Shown: positions 27,965-37,115 of the stretch, piece after piece
How the letters are laid out: every line of letters starts with the position of its first letter
Position numbering within the stretch: the stretch's first letter is position 1
NCBI GenBank assembly: GCA_049240625.1
Contig: JBMLSG010000004.1
Coordinates: 41,351-105,350 of the forward strand
Length of the DNA: 64,000 nucleotides
Direction: 5' to 3'
Source of the DNA: Lacibacter sp.
GTDB lineage: Bacteria > Bacteroidota > Bacteroidia > Chitinophagales > Chitinophagaceae
The notes under the pieces: generated by a model
The model's input: only the letters and a program-made list of their open reading frames with translations
The model's database searches: none
Told to the model about the DNA's origin: nothing
Program-made: the position numbers and the translations under genes

Positions 27965-29572
27965 TTATGAACGGTTGAATTGTGCGGCTATTGCATCCGC
28001 AACGTTCTCTCCATCCATGGCAGCACTTACGATTCCGCCTGCATAACCGGCCCCTTCTCCACAGGGGTAAAGTCCTGCAATCTGATCATGTGCCAGTGTG
28101 TTTGCATTACGTGGAATACGAACAGGTGATGAGGTTCTGGACTCCGTTGCAACGGCAATCGCTTCGTTCGTGAAATAGCCCCTCATTTTTTTTCCAAAGC
28201 CCTGGAATGCGAGACGCAAGTCTTCGTATAAGAATGACGGCAAGACTTCATTCAAGTTGCTCGATTGCAGTCCCGGTATGTAGGAACTGGAAGGAAGTGT
28301 TGATGATGTCTTTCGGTCAAATAAATCTACCATTCTTTGTGCCGGAGCTATCATTTTTCCTCCTCCCGTTTCAAATGCTTTTTGTTCGATTGCTTTTTGG
28401 AAATACATTAATAGCAATGGATGATCTTCCGTTAAGCGCACTGTAGGTTGTTCAAGCAACGCTTTCTTTTTAAGGAATTGATAAGCATCTTTTTGACCCA
28501 CACTAACCACAATCCCGCTGTTAGCGAATGCATTGTTTCTTTTGGAAGGACTCCATCCGTTTACAACCAATTCGCCGGGTGCAGTTGATGCCGGTGCGAT
28601 GATTCCGCCCGGACACATGCAGAAACTGAAAACGCCTCTTCCGCGAACTTGTTCAACCAAACTGTAAGAAGCGGGGGGCAACAGGGTGTCTCTTGTTTTG
28701 CAATGATATTGAATGGAGTCGATGATGGATTGCGGATGTTCAACGCGTACGCCCAGTGCAAAGGGTTTGGATTCAATCAGAATCTTTTGTTGATGTAAGA
28801 GTTCAAATATGTCGCGGGCGCTGTGGCCGGTAGCAAGAATCAGTGCATCGGCTTTAATTGTTGTATTGTTTTGAACGGTTACACCTGTGAATTTTTGATC
28901 GTTTGTTAGAATCCTTGTGAGTTTGGTTTCAAAATGGATTGCTCCCCCACATTGAAGAATATGATTTCGTATGGACGTTATGATTTGAGGCAATTTATTG
29001 GTTCCGATATGCGGGTGTGACTGGTACAATATTGTTTCGTCTGCACCAAAGTGGTAGAAAAGTTGAAGAATTCGGTCGATATTACCTCGTTTGTTGCTTC
29101 GGGTATAGAGTTTGCCATCGCTGTAGGTTCCGGCGCCACCCTCTCCAAAGCAGTAGTTGCTTTCGGGGTTAACGATCCCTTCACGGTTGAGTAAAGCCAA
29201 GTCGCGTCGCCTTGCTTTCACGTCTTTGCCTCTTTCTATTATGATGGGTTGGATCCCCCATTCAATCAATCGGAGCGCGGCAAACAATCCTGCCGGACCC
29301 GCTCCGGCAATCACAATACGATGTTTTGATTGATGCACGTCTTTCCATTGTAGTTCCTGTAAGAGCCGTTCCTGATAAGGTTCGTTGATGAAGGCCATGA
29401 CAGTCACGTTGACCATTGCTTGTTTGCCTCTTGCATCAATCGATTGTTTCAGGATGTGGTATCCCTGGACGGATTGTATGGTCGTTCCAGCAGCATTGGC
29501 TATCTGTTGTTGAACAAACGACGGGTCTTGTGCTTCTGATGGTAATAATCGTAGGCTGATTTTTTGTTGCAT
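27965..29572 (-). CDS. Uncharacterised FAD-dependent oxidoreductase
   Basis: GAGPAGL, FGEGGAGTYSDGKL, FCMCPGG and GEGAGYAGGIVSAA motifs. Confidence 0.88.
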   Translation of the reverse strand: MQQKISLRLLPSEAQDPSFVQQQIANAAGTTIQSVQGYHILKQSIDARGKQAMVNVTVMAFINEPYQERLLQELQWKDVHQSKHRIVIAGAGPAGLFAALRLIEWGIQPIIIERGKDVKARRRDLALLNREGIVNPESNYCFGEGGAGTYSDGKLYTRSNKRGNIDRILQLFYHFGADETILYQSHPHIGTNKLPQIITSIRNHILQCGGAIHFETKLTRILTNDQKFTGVTVQNNTTIKADALILATGHSARDIFELLHQQKILIESKPFALGVRVEHPQSIIDSIQYHCKTRDTLLPPASYSLVEQVRGRGVFSFCMCPGGIIAPASTAPGELVVNGWSPSKRNNAFANSGIVVSVGQKDAYQFLKKKALLEQPTVRLTEDHPLLLMYFQKAIEQKAFETGGGKMIAPAQRMVDLFDRKTSSTLPSSSYIPGLQSSNLNEVLPSFLYEDLRLAFQGFGKKMRGYFTNEAIAVATESRTSSPVRIPRNANTLAHDQIAGLYPCGEGAGYAGGIVSAAMDGENVADAIAAQFNRS

Positions 29573-29849
29573 GTGTCAGGTTTTGATCCTAAAAACAGAA
29601 TGATGCAAAGTAAAACAGTTTCATGCGAATGCTTTAGTTTTTTAGATGTCGGGGTATGAGGAATTTCCTAAGGGGGCTGAATTCAGCGATGTAATTATAC
29701 ATCTAAGAGGTCGTTGATATTGGCACATCGTTTTTTGTTGTCACAGTAAACAGGTAATGAATTTTAAGTGAGTCCTGCTGTTAGTGATTAAACATTCATT
29801 TCAACAGATGTTAATAAGTGGATTGTTACATTTGTCTAAATCTGCGGAT

Positions 29850-30119
29850 TGTGGATAACGAAGTGATTTGTTTATACGAAAAGCATTTAATTTTTTTCTG
29901 CTTTTATATGAAAAGATCAAATTAAATTCATTTTTTTTTAGAAATAAAAGACGCAGCCGTTCTGTGTTAGTTCGGGCAAATGCAATATGGCTCTTGCTTT
30001 GGAGATTGGATACTAAAAAAAAGAGTTGTTTTTTTCAAAAAGGCGCTTCATAAAAGCGTAATTCACAGGTTGTTTTAATACGTAAAAAAACAAGCGAATA
30101 AAAAATTTTTTTTTCCACA
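29850..30119. promoter_or_regulatory. DnaA boxes upstream of dnaA
   Basis: TGTGGATAA at 29850-29858 (perfect TTATCCACA on -), TTTTCCACA at 30111-30119, and a one-mismatch TAATTCACA at 30059-30067. Confidence 0.7.
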
Positions 30120-30229
30120 AAAAGGTTTGATATTCGCCTTCCCCCCTCTGTTTTTTATAGTGACAATTACTTACAAGGGTGGTTGGTAGAAGGATAATAA
30201 ATTAAGCAACTTAAACTGTATTTTGAGAA

Positions 30230-31663
30230 ATGACTAAGACAGCTGATCAAGTTTGGAAAAATTGTTTGGCTATCATAAAAGATATTGTGGAATGGCAGCA
30301 TTTTAAAACATGGTTTGAACCGATTACGCCTGTTGAATTAAAAAATAAAATTCTAACCATTCAAGTACCCAGCCAGTTCTTTTTCGAATATCTGGAAGAA
30401 CATTATGTAACCTTACTGGCTAAAACATTGAAAAGGGAATTGGGCAAGGATGCACACCTGGAATATCGTATCATGATGGACAGCGGGAACAAAAACAACA
30501 GGCCTATTACAATGGATGTGCCCGGACAAGGATACAAAACCTATACGAACAATGAAATGGATTTTCCTTTGGTGATTAATAACCCTGTAAAAAATCCGTT
30601 CGTCATTCCCGGACTTAAAAAAGTTCAGATCGATCCTCAGTTAAATCCCAATTATACGTTGGAGACCTTTGTGGAGGGAGAATGCAATCGTGTTGCACGT
30701 CGTGCAGGCAAAACGGTAGCTGATAAGCCGGGAGCAACCTCTTTCAATCCATTGGTTATTTATGGAGGAGTCGGGTTGGGGAAGACCCATCTGGCACAGG
30801 CCGTTGGCAATGAGGTGAAACGGCAACATCCCAACAAAGTAGTGTTGTATGTAAGCAGCGAAAAATTCATCAATCAATTTGTAGATCACAGCCGCAACAA
30901 CGCCATCAATGATTTCATTCATTTTTATCAGTTGATTGATGTTTTAATTATTGATGATGTCCAGTTTTTTAACCGGGCCGAAAAGTCACAAGATGCATTT
31001 TTCGCAATTTTTAACCACTTACATCAAAGCGGTAAACAATTAATTCTTACCTCCGATAAAGCACCCAAAGATCTGGAAGGTGTTCAAGAACGATTGCTGA
31101 GTCGTTTTCGTTGGGGATTAAGTGCCGATTTACAAGTTCCGGATTATGAAACGAGAATTGAGATTCTGGAAAAGAAAATGAAGAACGATGGTCTGGATAT
31201 GCATAAAGATGTTGTAAAATACATCGCGTATAATATCAATACCAATGTTAGGGAATTAGAGGGTGCATTGATTTCATTGCTGGCTCAATCATCCCTGAAT
31301 AAAAAAGAAATTGATCTGGAGCTTGCAAAAAAAGTGCTCAAGAACTTTGTAAAAACTTCATCTAAGGAAATAACAATTGATGCCATTCAAAAAATGGTTT
31401 GCGATTATTTTGATGTTTCCTATGAGAAGTTGTTGCAAAAAACCCGTAAACGCGAAATTGTACAGGCACGTCAAATAACGATGTATCTGGCAAAAACCTT
31501 TACGAAAAACTCGCTCAAGACAATTGGAGAACATTTTGGCGGTCGCGATCATACAACGGTCATACACTCCTGTCAAACAGTTAAGGATTTAATGGATACT
31601 GATAGCTTGTTTAAAGAAAGTGTTCAGGAGCTCCAGCAAAAAGTTCAGTTAGCAGCGATGTAA
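30230..31663 (+). CDS. dnaA: Chromosomal replication initiator DnaA
   Basis: GGVGLGKTHL, IDDVQF, SRFRWGL, NVRELEGAL and GGRDHTTVIHS motifs. Confidence 0.99.
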   Translation: MTKTADQVWKNCLAIIKDIVEWQHFKTWFEPITPVELKNKILTIQVPSQFFFEYLEEHYVTLLAKTLKRELGKDAHLEYRIMMDSGNKNNRPITMDVPGQGYKTYTNNEMDFPLVINNPVKNPFVIPGLKKVQIDPQLNPNYTLETFVEGECNRVARRAGKTVADKPGATSFNPLVIYGGVGLGKTHLAQAVGNEVKRQHPNKVVLYVSSEKFINQFVDHSRNNAINDFIHFYQLIDVLIIDDVQFFNRAEKSQDAFFAIFNHLHQSGKQLILTSDKAPKDLEGVQERLLSRFRWGLSADLQVPDYETRIEILEKKMKNDGLDMHKDVVKYIAYNINTNVRELEGALISLLAQSSLNKKEIDLELAKKVLKNFVKTSSKEITIDAIQKMVCDYFDVSYEKLLQKTRKREIVQARQITMYLAKTFTKNSLKTIGEHFGGRDHTTVIHSCQTVKDLMDTDSLFKESVQELQQKVQLAAM

Positions 31664-31681
31664 AATATAAGTTGAAATGAT

Positions 31682-31729
31682 AAGCAATCCCCGGATTTCA
31701 TGAATTGTGGAATTTGGGGATTGTTTTTT
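31682..31729 (+). terminator. dnaA terminator
   Basis: aagcaatcccc...ggggattgttt long stem with G-U pairs, then a T-tract. Confidence 0.7.
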
Positions 31730-31751
31730 GGGATATATTATCTGTAATCTT

Positions 31752-31759
31752 TATTTTTG
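31752..31759 (+). promoter_or_regulatory. -7 promoter element of the tRNA pair
   Basis: TATTTTTG, followed by a GAAA-loop leader hairpin. Confidence 0.65.
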
Positions 31760-31787
31760 CTGCCCTTCCGGAAACGGGAACTGGGTT

Positions 31788-31878
31788 GGTGAGGTGGATG
31801 AGTGGCTGAAATCAACGGTTTGCTAAACCGTCGTACGGTTGTAAAGCCGTACCGAGGGTTCGAATCCCTCCCTCACCG
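31788..31878 (+). tRNA. tRNA-Ser (GCT)
   Basis: Acceptor ggtgagg/cctcacc, anticodon arm acggt-ttGCTaa-accgt, long variable arm, GGTTCGAATCC; CCA not encoded. Confidence 0.96.
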
Positions 31879-31957
31879 CAGAGTTCGCCGATGCAAAAGC
31901 GACGGCGGATTTTTTTCTGGCTGTTTTGAAAGGTTGTTACAAAACAGCATTTAGGAT

Positions 31958-32031
31958 CGGGAAGTAGCGCAGGCCGGTAGCGCACCTGGTTTGGGACCAG
32001 GGGGTCGCAGGTTCGAATCCTGTCTTCCCGA
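31958..32031 (+). tRNA. tRNA-Pro (TGG)
   Basis: Acceptor cgggaag/cttcccg, anticodon arm cctgg-ttTGGga-ccagg, GGTTCGAATCC. Confidence 0.96.
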
Positions 32032-32035
32032 CAAC

Positions 32036-32070
32036 AAAAAAACTTCACTATTAGACGGTGGAGTTTTTTT
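32036..32070 (+). terminator. Terminator after tRNA-Pro
   Basis: A7-cttcac-loop-gtggag-T7. Confidence 0.75.
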
Positions 32071-32083
32071 ATGTTCAAACTTT

Positions 32084-32141
32084 AGGTTGGTAGCGCATCC
32101 CGCTTGGCCGGGAGTGTCGAAGCTAGAAATTCTGTATCTCC
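32084..32141 (+). pseudogene. Degenerate tRNA-Pro-like relic
   Basis: 12/14 identity to the D-arm segment and 18/28 ungapped identity to the variable/T-arm/3' segment of the adjacent tRNA-Pro; the anticodon arm is replaced by tcccg-cttggc-cggga. Confidence 0.55.
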
Positions 32142-32364
32142 ATCAAAGAATACGAGTAAGCTTTCGATTGAGCATAAAAATATAGCCCTCTTATTGCTTT
32201 TAGCTTCTTTAACACGCTGTTTAAACATCTATCAGAATTTTAGTGAATCGTAAGGTGTAATGAATTGAAATATTTCTTACATTGGTGGGGGCATTTCAGT
32301 TGGAGTCGGTTTTGATTTCCAGTGGTTTGCAATTCTTTATTCATTCGCTAAACGGAACTAGAAA

Positions 32365-33234
32365 ATGTATTTACAGAAAACAGGATTTCGCATTTTATCA
32401 ACTTTGTTTTTTATTTCATCTTCAGTTGCTGTTGTTGCACAGGACCCCGGTCAGTTACAGGCACCAACTCCTTTTCAGGCGCCCAAACTTCAGCGGTTCC
32501 CTGAAATGATAAAAGTAGAAGGCGGCACATTCACCATGGGTGATGAAGAGGGGCTTGGTGATAGTTCCGAGTTGCCTTTACATCAGGTTACTTTAAAAAC
32601 ATTTCGTATTGCACGTACCGAAACAACCGTGGCGCAATGGAGAGCTTTTTGCCATGCCACGATCCGTAAAATGCCGGATGCGCCGGCTTGGGGTTGGCTC
32701 GAAAATCATCCGATTGTGAATGTTTCATGGCAGGACGCAATGGATTATTGTAAATGGCTGAGTGACTCATCAGGGAAAAAATACAGATTACCCACCGAAG
32801 CAGAATGGGAGTACGCTGCTCGTGGCGGAAATAAGAGTAAAGGGTTTTTCTTTTCAGGTGGACAATCCATGTACATGATCGGATGGTTTAATGAGAATAG
32901 CAGCGCAGGAACACAACCCGTTGGGTTAAAACGCCCCAATGAATTAGGTATTTTTGATATGAGCGGTAATGTATGGGAATGGTGTGCCGATTGGTATGGC
33001 CCTTATACATCCGATGCACAAACCAATCCTCTTGGCAGTAATGAAGAAGTGTTTCGTGTTTTGCGCGGCGGAAGCTGGAATTACATTGCAGAGGGTGGGC
33101 GTGTTGCCAACAGAGGATTCTTTACCTCTGATGGGAAAATAAGTGATTATGGTTTCAGGGTGGTTTTGGAATCGGATGAGGAAAAAACGGAAACAAAAGA
33201 GCCTGGCAAAGAGAAACCCAAGACGAAGAACTAA
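32365..33234 (+). CDS. Secreted formylglycine-generating-enzyme (SUMF1) family protein
   Basis: Signal peptide; GGTFTMG, PIVNVSWQDA, RLPTEAEWEYAARG, DMSGNVWEW, RVLRGGSW and GFR motifs. Confidence 0.9.
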   Translation: MYLQKTGFRILSTLFFISSSVAVVAQDPGQLQAPTPFQAPKLQRFPEMIKVEGGTFTMGDEEGLGDSSELPLHQVTLKTFRIARTETTVAQWRAFCHATIRKMPDAPAWGWLENHPIVNVSWQDAMDYCKWLSDSSGKKYRLPTEAEWEYAARGGNKSKGFFFSGGQSMYMIGWFNENSSAGTQPVGLKRPNELGIFDMSGNVWEWCADWYGPYTSDAQTNPLGSNEEVFRVLRGGSWNYIAEGGRVANRGFFTSDGKISDYGFRVVLESDEEKTETKEPGKEKPKTKN

Positions 33235-33321
33235 TTGCAATTGAGTTTTCCGAATTCAAAAGTTTCCATTGTATATCCTTCTTAAATGGATTCTTGTCAA
33301 AACCCGTACAATGGTTATGGG

Positions 33322-34977
33322 TTAGCCCGATATCATTTCTTTAGCTGTTATTAAAGAGGAAGTAGTAAGTTTATCTCCGCTCAACATGCGTGCGATGGCT
33401 TCAATTTTCTTTTCGTTTTGCAATACCTGAATCCGGGTATTCAGATGGCCGTATTCCTCTTCTTTGTAAACATGAAAATGCGTGCCGGCTTTTGCTGCTA
33501 TCTGCGGTAAATGGGTAATGGTAATGACCTGATGATTTTGCGATAAGCTTTTTAATAAAATACCGACCTGCAATGCGGCTTCACCACTGATTCCTGTATC
33601 AATTTCATCAAAAATCATGGTGGGTAATTCCAAAACAGAAGCCACCAGTGATTTGATGCACAACATGAGTCGGCTTAATTCACCACCACTTGCTACTTTT
33701 TCAATGGGTTCAAATCGGTTGCTTTTGTTTGCATCGAATAAAAAGTGGATGTTGTCTTTTCCGTAAGGGCCGGGTTGGGTTTCCTGCATTTCAATTTTGA
33801 TTTGAGCATTGGGCATCCCTACTTGAATCAGAAGTTCATTGATTCGCTTCTCAAAGGGATTGCATTGCTCTTTACGTTTGCTATGAAACCAATCTGCTTT
33901 TTTGTATAATTCTTGCTTCAATTGAAGTACATCCGCTTCCTTTTGTTCGATTTGCAGATGCAGATTTGAGAAGTTTAAAAGTTTCAATTCCAGTTCCTTT
34001 TGAACCGCCAGCAACTCATTGGTCGTCCGCACCTGGTGTTTCTTTTGTAAACGGTATCCTTCGGCTAGTCGCTCAGTGAGTAACTGAATTTTTTCCTCGT
34101 CAACCGATAGCGAATTTTCAAGTTGTCTGAGTTCAGATGCCAGATCATTCAATTCAATGCAACTGCTTTCGAGTCGGTCCGTAAGTTGATGAAGGGTAAC
34201 TGATAAGTCTTTGTAGGAATGCATTTTGGATAGCAGTTGCTTCAGTTGCTGTACAATAGGCATTTCTCCATCTTTCAGTACTTGGATTCCTTCTTGCAGC
34301 GTTTGTATGACGGAACCGGTATTGTTAAGCCATTTCAACTCTTGTTCCAGTGTTTCCAATTCATCTTCCCTGAATGCGACTTGACTTAGCTCGTCCACAA
34401 GAAATTGAATGTAATCCTGTTCTTTGGATTGCTGCTCTTGTTGTTCTTTTAAGGATGCTAGTTCTTTTTCCTGTTTGATGAAGGAAAGATAAGTTTGATG
34501 GTATTCGGCAACATCTTCTGTTATATGACTGAGCGCATCTATGGTTTCACGTTGAAAGTCGCGATTCCCGATTTCAAGGGTGTCGAATTGTTGGTGAAGG
34601 TCTACCAATTGCGATGTCAGGTCCTTCATTTGAGCAAGTCCGGAAGGGATATCATTAATAAAAGATCTGGACTTTCCATTGGATCCTATTTCGCGCCTTA
34701 GAATGAGTTCTTCCCCATCGTACAAATCTTCCCGTTTAAGCCATTCTTGGGCATTTAAGGCTTTTTTTATTTCAAAGACAACTTCAATAATGCACTTTGT
34801 TTCTTTTTGTCTGATGACGGAAGAGTCTGCCCGTTCACCAAGTACCATTCCAAGTGCCCCAAGCAGAATTGATTTTCCGGCACCGGTTTCTCCGGTGATC
34901 ACCGAAAGCCCGTTTGTGAAGTCAATTTCCAGGCGATCAATGATGGCAAAATTTTGTATGAATAATTTCTTCAGCAT
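33322..34977 (-). CDS. recN: DNA repair protein RecN
   Basis: QNFAII, GETGAGKS, ASGGELSR and FDEIDTG motifs. Start moved to the ATG at 34977 because the upstream ATG overlaps a TAGTTTTG promoter at 34987-34994. Confidence 0.96.
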   Translation of the reverse strand: MLKKLFIQNFAIIDRLEIDFTNGLSVITGETGAGKSILLGALGMVLGERADSSVIRQKETKCIIEVVFEIKKALNAQEWLKREDLYDGEELILRREIGSNGKSRSFINDIPSGLAQMKDLTSQLVDLHQQFDTLEIGNRDFQRETIDALSHITEDVAEYHQTYLSFIKQEKELASLKEQQEQQSKEQDYIQFLVDELSQVAFREDELETLEQELKWLNNTGSVIQTLQEGIQVLKDGEMPIVQQLKQLLSKMHSYKDLSVTLHQLTDRLESSCIELNDLASELRQLENSLSVDEEKIQLLTERLAEGYRLQKKHQVRTTNELLAVQKELELKLLNFSNLHLQIEQKEADVLQLKQELYKKADWFHSKRKEQCNPFEKRINELLIQVGMPNAQIKIEMQETQPGPYGKDNIHFLFDANKSNRFEPIEKVASGGELSRLMLCIKSLVASVLELPTMIFDEIDTGISGEAALQVGILLKSLSQNHQVITITHLPQIAAKAGTHFHVYKEEEYGHLNTRIQVLQNEKKIEAIARMLSGDKLTTSSLITAKEMISG

Positions 34978-35035
34978 GAATACGTTCAAAACTAATTCAA
35001 AACCGCAAACCTAGGAAGAGGAATTAAGGATAAAA

Positions 35036-35064
35036 AAAAGAGCATCTAGTTTAGATGCTCTTTT
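35036..35064 (-). terminator. Terminator of the nif3/zinc-ribbon operon
   Basis: Perfect 13-bp inverted repeat aaaagagcatcta-gtt-tagatgctctttt with an A-tract on the left. Confidence 0.8.
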
Positions 35065-35080
35065 CAAAAATCAATTTTGA

Positions 35081-35833
35081 TTAGATGGTAACGGTATCGT
35101 GAAGATCTGTGTCCACCAAAATACGTCCACAGTTTTCACAAACGATGATTTTTTTATGTTGTTTGATCTCGCTTTGACGTTGAGGGGGAATGGTGTTGAA
35201 GCATCCGCCGCAACTTTCGCGAACAATGGGAACGACAGCCAATCCATTACGGTAGCTTTTGCGAATCCGTTCAAAGCTTGTAAGGAGGCGCTCTTCGACA
35301 CCTTCACGTGCTTTGCTTACTTCTGTATTCAGATGCGTTTCTTCTTTTTCGTTTTCGGCGATGATCTTATCCAGTTCACCTTTTTTGTGCTCGAGATTTT
35401 TTTCCTTTACAGCAATTGATTTTTTTGCTTTTTCAAGTACTTCATTTTTTTCGATCAGCTCTTCACTTGCGTCCTTGATATGCTTTTCGGCCAGTTTGAT
35501 TTCCAGCGTTTGCATTTCAATTTCCTTATTGATCGCTTCAAATTCGCGGTTGTTCTTTACATTTTCGCTCTGTTTCTCGTACTTAACCGTTAGGGCCTGT
35601 GCTTCTTTGATCGCTTCTTTTCTGGATTCAATAAATTCTTGTATGCCGTTGATTTCTTCCTCAATACGGTGTTTACGTGCATGCAAACCTTCGATTTCAT
35701 CTTCCAGATCTTTTACTTCCATTGGCAATTCACCTTTCAGAATTTGAATTTCATCCAATTTGCTTTCAATTTTCTGAAGTTGAATCAGGGATTTTAATTT
35801 TTCTTCAACGGAATAATCTTTTGTCGTGGCCAT
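35081..35833 (-). CDS. Coiled-coil protein with C4 zinc ribbon (CT398/DUF164-like)
   Basis: Long coiled coil followed by CGGC...CENCGRIL. Confidence 0.9.
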   Translation of the reverse strand: MATTKDYSVEEKLKSLIQLQKIESKLDEIQILKGELPMEVKDLEDEIEGLHARKHRIEEEINGIQEFIESRKEAIKEAQALTVKYEKQSENVKNNREFEAINKEIEMQTLEIKLAEKHIKDASEELIEKNEVLEKAKKSIAVKEKNLEHKKGELDKIIAENEKEETHLNTEVSKAREGVEERLLTSFERIRKSYRNGLAVVPIVRESCGGCFNTIPPQRQSEIKQHKKIIVCENCGRILVDTDLHDTVTI

Positions 35834-35878
35834 ATAATTGAAATTTTTGATGCCTTTCCGAATTGTCTGAAATCAGTA

Positions 35879-36976
35879 TTACAGAAAATAACGGACGGGG
35901 TTGGTTACAACCTCCGTTTTAAGGACGGCAAAGGTAGGGAATTTTTGGGTCAACCAATCAAACAGTAAATCGATTGTAAACTGTTCACTTTCCCAATGCC
36001 CGATGTCGGCAATAAGGAGTCTGTTTTCGGTTTCAAAAAACGAATGGTACTTCACATCGGAAGTAATGAATGCATCTGCTTTTTGGGCTAGGGCATGCCT
36101 GATTAAAAAACTTCCAGATCCTCCGCAAATCGCAACCGTTTCAATCGGTTTCTTCAGAAAAGGGGAGTGGCGAATGACTTTGAGATTAAATTGCTCTTTT
36201 AAGTGCAACAGGAAGACTTCTTCGGTAGCCGGCTGTTGAAGTTTGCCCAGCAGTCCTGATCCAACATCTTGATAATCATTGTCTAGTGTGATAGTGTCAT
36301 AAGCGACCTCTTCATAAGGATGCGTCTTTTTAAGGGCTTGAATCACTCCTGATTCGAGCCAATGGGGAAAAATAACCTCCAGTTTTTCCTCGGGTTCTTC
36401 GGATCGGGTACCGATGGTGCCGGAAAAAGGCGTTGCGCCATGTTCCGGTTTAAAACTGCCGGTTCCGGCGCTTACAAAACTACACTCACTGTATCGACCG
36501 ATGTGTCCGGCTCCGCTGTCGAACAATGCTTTCTGTACCTGTTGAAGATGTGCGGAAGGAACAAATGTTATTAATTTTCGGAGCAAACCTTTGGGGGAAG
36601 TCAGGGCAGACAGATGCTGCAATCCGATTTTACGGGCCATATAGCTATTGACCCCGGTTACCAGATTGTCCAGGTTGGTATGAATGGCGTAGATCGCAAT
36701 TTCGTTTTTAATGGCCGCAATCAGTATCCGACCTGTTTCGGAGTTTGTCGTGATCTTTTTCAAGCCTTCAAAGATCAAGGGATGATGAGCTACAATTAAA
36801 TTGCATCCTTTGTTTTGAGCTTCGAGAATAACGTTTTCTGTTACGTCCAAACAAACCAAAACGCCGGTACAAACGTGGTTAGGGTTGCCGGATAACAAGC
36901 CGCAATTGTCGTAATGTTCCTGTAATTGTAAGGGGGCTTTTGATTCAAGAAAAGCAATGATTTCGTTGATTTGCAT
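35879..36976 (-). CDS. Nif3-like dinuclear metal centre protein (YqfO type)
   Basis: YDNCGL, HHPLIF, HTNLD, HPYEEVAYD and GHWESE motifs. Confidence 0.94.
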   Translation of the reverse strand: MQINEIIAFLESKAPLQLQEHYDNCGLLSGNPNHVCTGVLVCLDVTENVILEAQNKGCNLIVAHHPLIFEGLKKITTNSETGRILIAAIKNEIAIYAIHTNLDNLVTGVNSYMARKIGLQHLSALTSPKGLLRKLITFVPSAHLQQVQKALFDSGAGHIGRYSECSFVSAGTGSFKPEHGATPFSGTIGTRSEEPEEKLEVIFPHWLESGVIQALKKTHPYEEVAYDTITLDNDYQDVGSGLLGKLQQPATEEVFLLHLKEQFNLKVIRHSPFLKKPIETVAICGGSGSFLIRHALAQKADAFITSDVKYHSFFETENRLLIADIGHWESEQFTIDLLFDWLTQKFPTFAVLKTEVVTNPVRYFL

Positions 36977-37115
36977 GTGTTAAAATTAGTAAATAGCTGC
37001 GTATGTGATTATCTGGATCTCCAGCCATGCCGGGAAGCACTGGCTTCGCATGTTTTTAAACCAACGTTCTTTAAATATGTTGTATTTTTATTTTCTTCAT
37101 TTAAAAGCATATTCT

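Noticed and set aside
29868-30053. 61-aa ORF upstream of dnaA
   Set aside because: It is F/K-rich and derived from homopolymer tracts in a promoter region.
31788-32364. Integrated island or prophage at the tRNAs
   Set aside because: There is no integrase, no cargo and no evident composition shift; only the short tRNA-like relic reported above.
35259-35747. 162-aa + strand ORF and similar antisense ORFs (e.g. 45891-46448, 41230-41658, 8132-8491)
   Set aside because: They are shadows of well-supported genes on the opposite strand or in other frames, with no recognisable motifs.
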